A stretch of 44,492 nucleotides of DNA from a virus. Its lineage: Duplodnaviria > Caudoviricetes. How positions within the stretch are numbered: position 1 is the first letter of the stretch; each line of letters opens with the position of its first letter. Positions 25,718 through 34,888 of this stretch are shown in pieces. The DNA lies in the IMG/VR virus record IMGVR_UViG_3300025517_000058, positions 1-44,492 of that record; one strand, 5' to 3'. Position numbers and translations under genes: made by a program. Under the pieces are notes generated by a model, which was not told the origin of the DNA, did no database searches, and was given only the letters and a program-made list of their open reading frames with translations.

Positions 25718-27580
25718 ATGAACTTGGAGTTTTTGCGCCTCGGCGTTAAGAACTTCGGCAGCTTTACTGAAGCACAAGAGTTCAAATTCAGCAGCCTGGA
25801 AATGGGCGCGTATTTCGTTCGGGGTGAAAACCGAGTGAAACCGCGCCTTCAGGCTAACGGCACTGGTAAATCTACATTCTTCGTTAACGCACTATGCTGG
25901 GTGCTCACCGGCCGGACTCCACGTGGCTTGCGCTCAACTGACATCAAGCCATGGAATACTAAAAACAGTAAGAATTCTAAAACTACCGTTACCCTGCACT
26001 TCGCTATTGATGGCGAAAAGCACAAACTTGTGCGCACCGCGCCAAACTACATTGAGCTAGATGGTAACGAAGTAAGTCAGGAACACATCGATAAACTCAC
26101 CCGACTTACTTATCCTGTGTTGAAGCAAACACTAATCTATGGGCAGCATGAACCACTATTCTTTGATTTACCCAACAAGGATAAGCTAGCACTACTGAGC
26201 GAAGTGCTTGATCTGTATAAGTGGGAAGTGCGCTCACAAAAAGCAGCAGAGCGTGTTCGACAACTCGAGAATAAAAGTACCAAACTTGAAGCTGAAGCTC
26301 ATAGCTATGAGTCTAAACTAACAGAACTCAAGCGCATGATCACTGATACAGTGAGAGCAAGCAAGCAATGGAAAGCCGAAAAGGCCGAACGCATTGAGCG
26401 CTTACGTGAGCAGCGTATTACACTAAAGGATGAACAACAAAAAGTAGAAAAGAAATTGCGCTCAGCCGTGTCAATGGCCAAGCATGCCGCAGAAAAGCTC
26501 GGTAGTGTACAGGCTAACTTGCAAATTCTTATCGAGCGCAGCCATAAGATAGAAAATGAACGTGTCAAGCTCGTAGAACAACGCCGAGCTTTGCAGCGTC
26601 AAATTACTGATCTGACCGATGAACTCAAAGAGCTTGGCGAGGCTGACGAGTGCCCAATGTGCGGCCAATCGATCAAAGGTACCGAGCTTGATAAGCATAA
26701 AAAGAAACTACAAGCAAAGATAAAGGACTTAGAAAATGAAGTGGCTCAAATAAATACTGATGGGCTTGAAAAAGACTTGGCTGCTCTCCGTGAGAAAATT
26801 GTGCAAGTTCGGGTGAGCATCTCTACCCATCAAAGTGAAGTTGATGGTTATTCACGCGAGATTAACCAGCTCAAGCGACGACTCAGTGAGATTGAGGCTC
26901 AGCGAAACAGTCTTACTGATCAGATTAAAGATCGTAGGAGTGAGACCAATCCTTACATAGAACAACTACGCAAACTCAAAACATTAGCCGCTGAAACTGA
27001 ACAAGCTCTGGCTGAAACCAAGGAACTGATAAACAAGAACAAGCGACGTATCGAGCGCAACAAGTACTGGATCAAAGGCTTCAAAGATGTACGCTTGTTT
27101 ATCATCGATGATGTGCTACAGGAATTGGAACTAACCACGAATGCGATACTGTCTGAACTTGGCTTGAGTGATTGGGAAGTCAAGTACGACATCGAGCGAG
27201 AAACCAAATCGGGTACTCTGCAAACTGGTCTTATCATCACCATCCTGTCACCGAACAACTCAAAACCGGTGAAGTGGGAAGCATGGTCTGGTGGCGAGGG
27301 CCAGCGGCTTCGCCTTGCGGGCTCCCTTGCACTTTCAGAAGTTTTATTGAATTATGCAGGGGTGAACATCGACCTTGAGATATTTGATGAGCCTACCAAG
27401 CACATGAGTGAAGCAGGGGTAGAGGATTTCTGTGAGCTGCTAGCTACTCGGGCTAAAGAGCTTGGACGGCGCATATTTCTCATAGATCACATGGCGATTG
27501 AATCTTCAGCCTTTGAAGATTCAATCACGGTGGTCAAGGATGCCAATGGTTCACGTATCGTTACTGAGCTTGTAGAGTAA
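25718..27580 (+). CDS. SbcC/Rad50/gp46-like SMC ATPase
   Basis: NGTGKST, coiled coil with CPMC hook, WSGGEGQR, FDEP, IDH. Confidence 0.92.
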   Translation: MNLEFLRLGVKNFGSFTEAQEFKFSSLEMGAYFVRGENRVKPRLQANGTGKSTFFVNALCWVLTGRTPRGLRSTDIKPWNTKNSKNSKTTVTLHFAIDGEKHKLVRTAPNYIELDGNEVSQEHIDKLTRLTYPVLKQTLIYGQHEPLFFDLPNKDKLALLSEVLDLYKWEVRSQKAAERVRQLENKSTKLEAEAHSYESKLTELKRMITDTVRASKQWKAEKAERIERLREQRITLKDEQQKVEKKLRSAVSMAKHAAEKLGSVQANLQILIERSHKIENERVKLVEQRRALQRQITDLTDELKELGEADECPMCGQSIKGTELDKHKKKLQAKIKDLENEVAQINTDGLEKDLAALREKIVQVRVSISTHQSEVDGYSREINQLKRRLSEIEAQRNSLTDQIKDRRSETNPYIEQLRKLKTLAAETEQALAETKELINKNKRRIERNKYWIKGFKDVRLFIIDDVLQELELTTNAILSELGLSDWEVKYDIERETKSGTLQTGLIITILSPNNSKPVKWEAWSGGEGQRLRLAGSLALSEVLLNYAGVNIDLEIFDEPTKHMSEAGVEDFCELLATRAKELGRRIFLIDHMAIESSAFEDSITVVKDANGSRIVTELVE

Positions 27581-27583
27581 GTC

Positions 27584-28015
27584 ATGTGTGCAGTTTATGT
27601 AGATAACATGTACCTGCGAGCTTTAGGGCGATACGGGCGCATGCGAATGTCGCACATGATCGCAGATACTGAGGATGAGTTGTTTAAGATGGCTGACAGG
27701 ATTGGTGTCAGCCATCGCTGGTATCAAGGCGATCATTTCGACATCTGTAAGGCTAAAGCCATGCTAGCCATTAAGTATGGTGCGAAACTTGTTACAATGA
27801 GAGAATTAGCGGCCATCAACTTCTGTAAGCGTACTAAGCGTATGTATAAGTCACCAGCCGATGCATTAGCACAAATGCGTCAATGGTTGCGAATGAGGGC
27901 CGATTATGGAACGAAAGCGATTGAGGAAGAGGCTAACCCGCCCACGGCCTTGCAAGGCCGTAAGCGGAAAGTACGTTTACAATCCCGAAACCGGCAAACT
28001 CGAATTCGAGAATAA
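27584..28015 (+). CDS. DUF4031-family protein
   Basis: VYVD...MSHMIADTEDEL..MADRIG...WYQGDHFDI...GA. Confidence 0.78.
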   Translation: MCAVYVDNMYLRALGRYGRMRMSHMIADTEDELFKMADRIGVSHRWYQGDHFDICKAKAMLAIKYGAKLVTMRELAAINFCKRTKRMYKSPADALAQMRQWLRMRADYGTKAIEEEANPPTALQGRKRKVRLQSRNRQTRIRE

Positions 28016-28361
28016 GGATTGGCTACCCTACCTGACTAAAATCATTAAAGATCCACTGTACGGTAAGAAACGGGTTGGTCTAAACCCCAAAGATATTGAT
28101 CCCCAAACCTTGACCGATGCCGGTCACCCGCCGCGCTCGGCTACCAATCGTATCCGTGTATATATGCTTGATCTTCGCAAGCCGTTTCTCGCTAAGCGTG
28201 ATAGTGGCCTGAAGCGGCTTCGCGAACTCTGTCTTGAATGTGCTGGTTCACCTCAAGCTGTTCGGCAGTGTGCAATTATCAATTGTCCACTGTGGAACCA
28301 TAGGCTAGGTTTCAATCCCCACAACTACCACAAGCGACAACAAAATGATGATGAGGATTAG
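27906..28361 (+). CDS. hypothetical protein with Cys cluster
   Basis: CLEC....VRQC....CPLWNHRLG.NP. Confidence 0.6.
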   Translation: MERKRLRKRLTRPRPCKAVSGKYVYNPETGKLEFENKDWLPYLTKIIKDPLYGKKRVGLNPKDIDPQTLTDAGHPPRSATNRIRVYMLDLRKPFLAKRDSGLKRLRELCLECAGSPQAVRQCAIINCPLWNHRLGFNPHNYHKRQQNDDED

Positions 28362-28363
28362 TC

Positions 28364-29275
28364 ATGGTCATTCGTAGAACAGATATAACGGTTGTTACTT
28401 CTTGTTCGCTTGCTGGTTGGGAAGAGTATGGTCAATACTGTATTGCTAATTTACTTCGGTATTGGCCAGATGAAGTAACAGTGTACCTCATTAGTGAGGA
28501 TAGCTTACCTCTTAATAATCTACCTTTGTTACCAAAAGATCGCCTAGTTACCTGCTCTCTAACTTCAAATCCAAACGCAGTTAAATTCTACGAGAAAAAC
28601 AAGTTCAACGCCCAAGCCAGAGGCCGCATTCGCTCAAACATCTATAGATACTCACATGACGCTTGGAAATTCAGTAAAAAAGTCTATGCTATCGAACTAG
28701 CCGCGTCATTCGTACCAGTTGGAAAACTCATATGGCTCGACGCTGACGTGGATACTTTCAAGCCGATACCGATTGAGTTTCTTCATAAAATGTGTCCTGA
28801 CTCCTGTAACATTTCATTTCTAAGTAGGCAACGCTGGTATAGCGAGTGTGGCTTTGTTGGTTACAATCTGAACACTCCGAAAACACGCGAGTTCATCACG
28901 GCATTTGCGGATGTTTACACTAGTGGCCTAGTATTTCATCTAAGAGAATGGCATGACAGTTTCGTTTTTGACTGGTTACGTGCAAAACACGATTTAGCTT
29001 GCTACAAAATTCCTAACGGTAGCGAGGTACATCCATTCAATTACAGTGAGCTTGGTCACTATATGGATCATTGGAAAGGTAACCGTAAAAACACACTAGG
29101 CTCGCCGGATCACCCCCTACGTCGCCCTATCCATTCAAAAGCTAGGACAAAAGAAGATGCTCGGCGTGAAAAGGCTTATAGAGATAATCTCGAAAAAGCG
29201 AGGGCAACTCGAAAAGCTCAAAAACTCGCTACACTTTTGGAAACGCAAACCTCTACTGAAGATAACCAAAGTTGA
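28364..29275 (+). CDS. GT-A fold glycosyltransferase
   Basis: VVTS....YG, WKFSKKVYA, IWLDADV (DxD), SECGFVGYNL, EWHDSFVFD, DHWKG. Confidence 0.78.
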   Translation: MVIRRTDITVVTSCSLAGWEEYGQYCIANLLRYWPDEVTVYLISEDSLPLNNLPLLPKDRLVTCSLTSNPNAVKFYEKNKFNAQARGRIRSNIYRYSHDAWKFSKKVYAIELAASFVPVGKLIWLDADVDTFKPIPIEFLHKMCPDSCNISFLSRQRWYSECGFVGYNLNTPKTREFITAFADVYTSGLVFHLREWHDSFVFDWLRAKHDLACYKIPNGSEVHPFNYSELGHYMDHWKGNRKNTLGSPDHPLRRPIHSKARTKEDARREKAYRDNLEKARATRKAQKLATLLETQTSTEDNQS

Positions 29276-29375
29276 GCGCACCAATAGATCCAACTGGTAT
29301 CGAGTACACTTTACCAATGGTAGCTCGTTATTAGTCGCTGCAACAAGTCACAAGCACGCCTACTACGAAGACTAG
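29157..29375 (+). CDS. possible small hypothetical protein
   Basis: fills the gap between GT and methyltransferase; start uncertain. Confidence 0.3.
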   Translation: MLGVKRLIEIISKKRGQLEKLKNSLHFWKRKPLLKITKVERTNRSNWYRVHFTNGSSLLVAATSHKHAYYED

Positions 29376-29384
29376 GAACTAATC

Positions 29385-30092
29385 ATGAAACAAGTTGCTG
29401 GCATTTGGCTGCCGGATTGGGATAAGCACTTCACAGAAGCACTAGCTCAAAGTGAGCGCATCGATAATAAAGGCACCTATCAGCTCAAGAAAATTCAACG
29501 TGCCTTAGCGTTGATACCCAAGCACCAGCGGAAAACGGCACTCGACATCGGTGCACACGTTGGCTTGTGGTCAATGATTTTGCGGAAGAATTTTGATCGA
29601 GTTGCCGCCTTTGAACCCCATCCAGAACTAATCGCGTGTTTCTGTAAGAATCTTGATGGTAGTCTCTGGCCAGAAGGCAACGTGTCATTATACCAGTTTG
29701 CGCTCGGCAACGAAAGCGGCCAAGTCAAACTTAAAGTGACAGAAGGTAACAGCGGCAATTGTCACATTGTCAAAAATCAAGACAATGCAGTAAACGCTAC
29801 CGAACACGGCCTAGGTGATACCGAGATTGAAGTGCAGATGCATACCCTGGACAGCGCTTTTGTTGATGAGGTATCGTTCATCAAAATAGATGTAGAAGGT
29901 TACGAAATCGAAGTTCTCCGTGGAGCTGAGCGAACCATTAGAACTCAGAAACCGTACCTGCTCATCGAACAGAAGCCCGGCAACGCTGAGCGCTATGGTT
30001 ACAAGCGAATGGCAGCAGTTGATCTAGCTTGTAAATGGGGCATGAACATCAAATGGGAAATCACAGGTGACTATTTTCTAGCTTGGAGGTAA
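29385..30092 (+). CDS. FkbM-family SAM-dependent methyltransferase
   Basis: LDIGAHVG, AFEP, ALG, TLD, FIKIDVEGYEIEVLRGA. Confidence 0.92.
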   Translation: MKQVAGIWLPDWDKHFTEALAQSERIDNKGTYQLKKIQRALALIPKHQRKTALDIGAHVGLWSMILRKNFDRVAAFEPHPELIACFCKNLDGSLWPEGNVSLYQFALGNESGQVKLKVTEGNSGNCHIVKNQDNAVNATEHGLGDTEIEVQMHTLDSAFVDEVSFIKIDVEGYEIEVLRGAERTIRTQKPYLLIEQKPGNAERYGYKRMAAVDLACKWGMNIKWEITGDYFLAWR

Positions 30093-30094
30093 AT

Positions 30095-30856
30095 ATGCAA
30101 GTCAAACAGGTTATCTGTATCGGATACGAGCCTCGTGAGGAAGAGGCTTATCGAGTTGCCATTGCCAGCGCAACTCACTACGCACCTGAAGGTACCCTAG
30201 TTACAGGGGTATATCTTAAAGAATTGCACACACGTGGGCTGTATACTCGACGCACCGAAAGCCGTGATGGTAGGCTTTGGGATGTTATCTCTGAAGCACC
30301 TATGAGCACTGAGTTTGCTATTTCGAGATTCCTATCCATCGAAGTAGCCGAAATGGAAATGAAGAAACACGGCTACAAGTGGGGCGTTAATGGTCCAACC
30401 TGGGTAATGTTCATGGATTGCGACATGCTTGTACGCAAGCCACTCGCCCCGTTGTTTGAACTTGCTAATAAGAATCTTGATAAGGCTGTGCTTTGTGTGC
30501 AGCACCAGCACAAGCCAGATTACAGTGTCAAGATGGATAATCAGATTCAAACGGTGTACGCCCGTAAGAACTGGTCGTCTGTCATGTTGTTAAATCCCAA
30601 TCATCCATCGAACATTCACGACTTGACGGTTGAGTTGGTCAATACCGTGCCAGGACGCGACTTACATCGCTTCTGTTGGCTCAAGGACGAGGACATCGGT
30701 GCCTTGCCAATTGAGTACAATTGGCTGGTCGGGCACTCACCTAATGATGTAGATCCTACGATTGTACACTTTACCGATGGCGCACCTTGCATGCCGGGGT
30801 ACGAAAATGTTCCCTATGCTGATGAGTGGCGCGAATGGCTCGCAAAGTGCGAATAA
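30095..30856 (+). CDS. GT-A (GT8-like) glycosyltransferase
   Basis: IGYEPRE, STEFAISRF, FMDCDML, RKNWSSVML, LHRFCW, YNWLVG, HFTDGAP; GGAGG SD before ATG 30095. Confidence 0.82.
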   Translation: MQVKQVICIGYEPREEEAYRVAIASATHYAPEGTLVTGVYLKELHTRGLYTRRTESRDGRLWDVISEAPMSTEFAISRFLSIEVAEMEMKKHGYKWGVNGPTWVMFMDCDMLVRKPLAPLFELANKNLDKAVLCVQHQHKPDYSVKMDNQIQTVYARKNWSSVMLLNPNHPSNIHDLTVELVNTVPGRDLHRFCWLKDEDIGALPIEYNWLVGHSPNDVDPTIVHFTDGAPCMPGYENVPYADEWREWLAKCE

Positions 30857-30864
30857 GCTTTGCC

Positions 30865-30912
30865 TCACTAAATCGTGTAGTGGGAATATTTGCCAAGACC
30901 TATAGGTAGTTG
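30865..30912. promoter_or_regulatory. putative tandem NrdR-box-like sites
   Basis: TCACTAAATCGTGTAG (30865-30880) and GACCTATAGGTAGTTG (30897-30912) partly match acaCwAtATaTwGwgt; 32 bp apart; upstream of an RNR gene. Confidence 0.4.
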
Positions 30913-30939
30913 CTAAGCTCACTGGTTACGCGCAAAGCG

Positions 30940-30972
30940 ACTGGCGCGACAAAAGCCACGCCAGTTCTTTTT
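30940..30972 (+). terminator. terminator-like hairpin in RNR leader
   Basis: ACTGGCG / CGCCAGT stem followed by TCTTTTT. Confidence 0.55.
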
Positions 30973-31070
30973 CACCTTTTCAAAGGAGGTAGCCAGCTAT
31001 GTAAGCTGAATGACTAACTGTACTTGTTCTCTGTGAGGCGTCGTTTCAACCCAAGCATATAGGGTATCAG

Positions 31071-33071
31071 ATGAATACACTGGTGTTCCCACAAAAGCAA
31101 CAAGTAATTGAAGCTCTACCTACTGTGTATCAGCAGGTCATTCATAAGTCCCGCTATGCACGGTGGAATGAAGAAGCAGGCAGACGTGAAACTTGGTATG
31201 AAACGGTCGCTCGCTTCTGCAACTTTATGAAGAAACACCTAAAAGAAAAGTACGATTACGACACTGGCACCATCGACGACCCCAACACCATCCTCGGCAA
31301 AGTCTTCAACGGAATCTACTATCTCGAAGTTATGCCGTCAATGCGTTGTTTGATGACGGCAGGCAAGGCGCTTGAACTCGAAAATATGTGCGGTTTCAAC
31401 TGCACCTACCGCGCCATTACAGATATCCGCGCATTCGCGGAAATCATGTACATTCTCATGTGCGGTTGCGGTGTGGGCTTCAGCGTCGAGCGTCAATTCA
31501 CCGGACGCTTGCCTATGATCCCTCGCAAGCTCAAGCCTTCAGATGAGGTTATCGTTGTCGAGGATAGCCGTTTAGGATGGGCTGAGGCATACGACAAGCT
31601 TATCCATCGCCTCTATGATGGTGTTATTCCGCAATGGAATGTCGATAAGGTACGCCCCGCCGGTGCTCGCCTTAAAACAATGGGCGGTTATGCTAGTGGT
31701 CCAGCCCCACTCGTTGAACTCTTCAAGTTCACAATCGATATCTTCAAGAACGCACAAGGCCGACGCTTAAACTCACTCGAATGCCACGACATCGTTTGTA
31801 AGATTGGTGATGTAGTGGTCATGGGCGGTGTGCGCCGGTCAGCTCTTATCAGCTTGAGCAATCCTAGCGATATGCGCATGCGCCACGCGAAGATGGGTGG
31901 CTGGTACAATACAGCACGCTGGCGTGAATTGGCTAACAACTCAGCAGCCTATACTGAGAAACCGACTGTCGGCGCATTCATGGCAGAATGGCTTGCTCTC
32001 TATGATAGCAAGTCAGGTGAACGTGGTATCGTCAATCGGCAAGCACTCATTAACAAGTCAGCCCGGATTGGCCGTCGAACTTTTTGGGATGACTTTAATC
32101 TCGAGCCTGAGGATCCGATTGACTTTGGCGTTAACCCGTGCGCTGAGATTATCTTACGTTCATGTCAAACCTGCAATCTAAGTGAGATCGTAGCGCGACC
32201 TCACGATACAGTCGAGAGTCTCGTCCATAAGGCAGCGCTAGCTTCTGTAATCGGTACATGGCAAGCCACGCTAACGAACTTCAACTTTGTTGGTCCTGAA
32301 TGGCAGGCAAACTGTGAAGAAGAGCGGTTGCTTGGTGTCAGTGTCACTGGTATTATGGATTCGCCTATCCTAAGTGCTCGATACTCACCTGAGTTCATTC
32401 GGGCATTCCAAGACATGCATAATACCGTGCGTCGCATCAATGAGAAATGGGCTGAAAAGCTCGACATCTCAGTGGCGGCTGCTACTACCTGCGTCAAGCC
32501 TAGCGGTACCGTTTCTCAGCTAGTCAATAGCGCTAGTGGTGTTCATAGCCGTTACGCGCCGTACTATATCCGTCGTATCACGATGGATAATCATGATCCG
32601 ATGTGTCAGTTCCTCAAAGATGAGGGTATACCGTTTGAAAAGCATGCAAGTAAGCCTGACTTGCAAACGGTATTCCTGTTCCCGATCCGCTCACCACGTG
32701 GAGATGATACACCAACGACCAAAGATCGCTCAGCCATCGATCAGTTAGAACAGTGGAAGGCTGTTAACGACTATTGGGCTGAGCATAGTGTTAGCTGCAC
32801 AATCGAAGTTGCTGAAGAGGAATGGCCCGAAGTCGGTGGCTGGGTCTATAAGCACTTCGATCAAATCAGCGGGCTCAGCTTCATCCCGAAGACCGGTATG
32901 GTTTATCAGCAGCCACCGTATGAAGCCATAACTGAGGAAGAATGCCGCAAGCTCGAAGCCCGCATGCCAAAACATCTGGATTGGGAAAAGCTAGGTAACT
33001 ACGAGAAAGAAGATACAACCCGTGCTACGCAAGAATTGGCTTGCACTGCTAACGGGTGTATGCTTGGCTAG
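31071..33071 (+). CDS. nrdJ: class II (adenosylcobalamin-dependent) ribonucleotide reductase, monomeric RTPR type
   Basis: PSMR, FNC, GGVRRSA, NPCAEI, CNLSE, KPSGTVSQL, C-terminal CTANGC; no NrdB partner in the window. Confidence 0.92.
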   Translation: MNTLVFPQKQQVIEALPTVYQQVIHKSRYARWNEEAGRRETWYETVARFCNFMKKHLKEKYDYDTGTIDDPNTILGKVFNGIYYLEVMPSMRCLMTAGKALELENMCGFNCTYRAITDIRAFAEIMYILMCGCGVGFSVERQFTGRLPMIPRKLKPSDEVIVVEDSRLGWAEAYDKLIHRLYDGVIPQWNVDKVRPAGARLKTMGGYASGPAPLVELFKFTIDIFKNAQGRRLNSLECHDIVCKIGDVVVMGGVRRSALISLSNPSDMRMRHAKMGGWYNTARWRELANNSAAYTEKPTVGAFMAEWLALYDSKSGERGIVNRQALINKSARIGRRTFWDDFNLEPEDPIDFGVNPCAEIILRSCQTCNLSEIVARPHDTVESLVHKAALASVIGTWQATLTNFNFVGPEWQANCEEERLLGVSVTGIMDSPILSARYSPEFIRAFQDMHNTVRRINEKWAEKLDISVAAATTCVKPSGTVSQLVNSASGVHSRYAPYYIRRITMDNHDPMCQFLKDEGIPFEKHASKPDLQTVFLFPIRSPRGDDTPTTKDRSAIDQLEQWKAVNDYWAEHSVSCTIEVAEEEWPEVGGWVYKHFDQISGLSFIPKTGMVYQQPPYEAITEEECRKLEARMPKHLDWEKLGNYEKEDTTRATQELACTANGCMLG

Positions 33072-33659
33072 GTGACTAAGATGAGTTGGAGCCTCGTACT
33101 CGGTGGCGCTGCTTGCGTATACGATGATCTCAAGAGAGCGAAAGCTCTCTTGGGTGAACCTGATATAATCATCGCCGTGAAAGATATTTGGGTCGAGTAT
33201 CCAAAAGTCGATCACGTTGCGACCTACCATATAGAACGTATACCGCGTGAACTAGCCAAGCGGCGTGCACTCGGGTACGAGGATCCTAAGTGTGTTTGGA
33301 CTTATCAGTTCTTTCACCATACAAAGATATCGCTACCAGTGAAATATATTCGGACTACTGGTGGTAGCAGCGGTTATCTCGGAGCACTAGTAGGGTTAGA
33401 AGTCTCCGATAAAGTGGTACTCGCTGGTGTACCTATGGACCCTACCATGCCACACTTCCATAATCGTAAACACGGCAAGCCCTGGAAGGATGGTATAGCT
33501 TATCTGAGACAATGGTACGATAACAAGACAAAATTATTGGGCCGCGTAAAGTCAATGTCAGGTTTTACTAAAGATCTTTTAGGTGAGCCTACTTTGGAGT
33601 GGCTTTATGAAGGAAAATCAACTGATACCCCCACAAGCGCGGAGACCAGCAGCATATAG
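33072..33659 (+). CDS. hypothetical protein, possibly DUF115/GT29-like Rossmannoid fold
   Basis: LVLGGA..V, IIAV, GGSSG, KVVLAGVPMD pattern; family assignment tentative. Confidence 0.45.
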   Translation: MTKMSWSLVLGGAACVYDDLKRAKALLGEPDIIIAVKDIWVEYPKVDHVATYHIERIPRELAKRRALGYEDPKCVWTYQFFHHTKISLPVKYIRTTGGSSGYLGALVGLEVSDKVVLAGVPMDPTMPHFHNRKHGKPWKDGIAYLRQWYDNKTKLLGRVKSMSGFTKDLLGEPTLEWLYEGKSTDTPTSAETSSI

Positions 33660-33942
33660 GGTTATCAAAGAAACTCTACTAAAGTACGATATTACTCCTG
33701 ATGAATTTTTCTCTGCTAAGCTCAGCCGACGCCGGGGAATAAAAGATTTAGTCGCCGCTACTCGTGAAATTTGCGCTCGTCTACGGTATGAACACAACTA
33801 CTCGACCACACTGATTGGCAAGTGTATCAACCGGGACCACTCTTCTGTGATTTATCACTTGCGTATGTACAGTCAGGAACACCCCGAAGCAATGGAAGCA
33901 CCTGATGCATATTGTCATAAAGAACCTGACCAAGGAGTATGA
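33607..33942 (+). CDS. DnaA domain IV-like HTH protein
   Basis: YSTTLIGKCINRDHSSVIY resembles S...IG..F.RDHTTV; GGAG SD before ATG 33607. Confidence 0.75.
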   Translation: MKENQLIPPQARRPAAYRVIKETLLKYDITPDEFFSAKLSRRRGIKDLVAATREICARLRYEHNYSTTLIGKCINRDHSSVIYHLRMYSQEHPEAMEAPDAYCHKEPDQGV

Positions 33943-34885
33943 TCGCGTCGAAGGGCTACGTCTGGATCAAGAACGGTTGATACAGCGTGAGTTCCTACGC
34001 TTCACAGCTCATTTCTCTAACGAAGAAATAATTAAGCAATACGAGGCGATACTGACCTCGGGTAAATCACCTTGGAATGAGATCAGCGCACTCGTCAATA
34101 ATCACATAGAACAGCTCGCCAATGTGCTAGCCGATGCATTCATCAATGTTGCTCGGGCTGAGGCGAGTATCTGGGTAAATAGACTAGTAAAAATCGTAAA
34201 GGCTGAGTTTGATATAACGGACGAGCGAGTTAGCAGCTATCTACGTGCAACTCGTCAAAATTTCATCCGTAACCTCAGTCGCCAGCAACAAGCGGCAATT
34301 AGACAGATATTGGTTAGCGGCATGCAACGTGGCCGAACGGTGCAGCAGCTCGCTCGTTCTGTTGCTGCGGTTATTGGCTTGACACCCGAACAAGCTCGCA
34401 TGGTTGAGAATTACCGCTACGCACTCGAGAATAGCGACCGTTCAGCTTTAAGTCGCGAACTGCGAGATCGACGCTTTGACGAACGCGTGCTCAGTGCAGT
34501 TGAGGAGTCAAATCCTTTAACAGCTAAGCAGATCGACCGTATGGTTGACACCTATGCACGAAATCTCAAACGGCATCGAGCACAAGTGATTGCTCAAACT
34601 GAAAGCTTGAAGATGACGCAGCAAGCGCGTCGCGATGCTGTTCGTCAAATTGCTAACCTTGCTGGATTTGATACACAGAAAATCAGGAAAACATGGCAAA
34701 CCACGATTGATGGTCGTGAACGCCCATCACATCGTACCATGGATGGACAGACAGTCGCTATGGATGAACCTTTTGTTAGTCCTAGTGGTGCTCGCCTCAT
34801 GCACCCCGGCGATACAAGTCAAGGTGCACCGCCTGAGGAAATAGTTAATTGTCGTTGTAGTGTTGTTTACGCATTCCAGGAGTAA
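33905..34885 (+). CDS. MuF/SPP1 gp7-like minor head protein
   Basis: RAQVIAQTE, KTWQTTIDGRERPSH..MDGQ, HPGD, EIVNCRC. Confidence 0.88.
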   Translation: MHIVIKNLTKEYDRVEGLRLDQERLIQREFLRFTAHFSNEEIIKQYEAILTSGKSPWNEISALVNNHIEQLANVLADAFINVARAEASIWVNRLVKIVKAEFDITDERVSSYLRATRQNFIRNLSRQQQAAIRQILVSGMQRGRTVQQLARSVAAVIGLTPEQARMVENYRYALENSDRSALSRELRDRRFDERVLSAVEESNPLTAKQIDRMVDTYARNLKRHRAQVIAQTESLKMTQQARRDAVRQIANLAGFDTQKIRKTWQTTIDGRERPSHRTMDGQTVAMDEPFVSPSGARLMHPGDTSQGAPPEEIVNCRCSVVYAFQE

Positions 34886-34888
34886 GCA

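Noticed and set aside
30857-31070. Cobalamin riboswitch upstream of the B12-dependent RNR
   Set aside because: Only fragments (GGGAA, GCCAAGACCT) resemble it; the conserved core and B12 box are not found. An Infernal search would settle it
11194-33071. Inteins or introns in polymerase, helicases, RecA or RNR
   Set aside because: Lengths are ordinary, motifs are contiguous, and no intein termini or homing endonuclease motifs were seen
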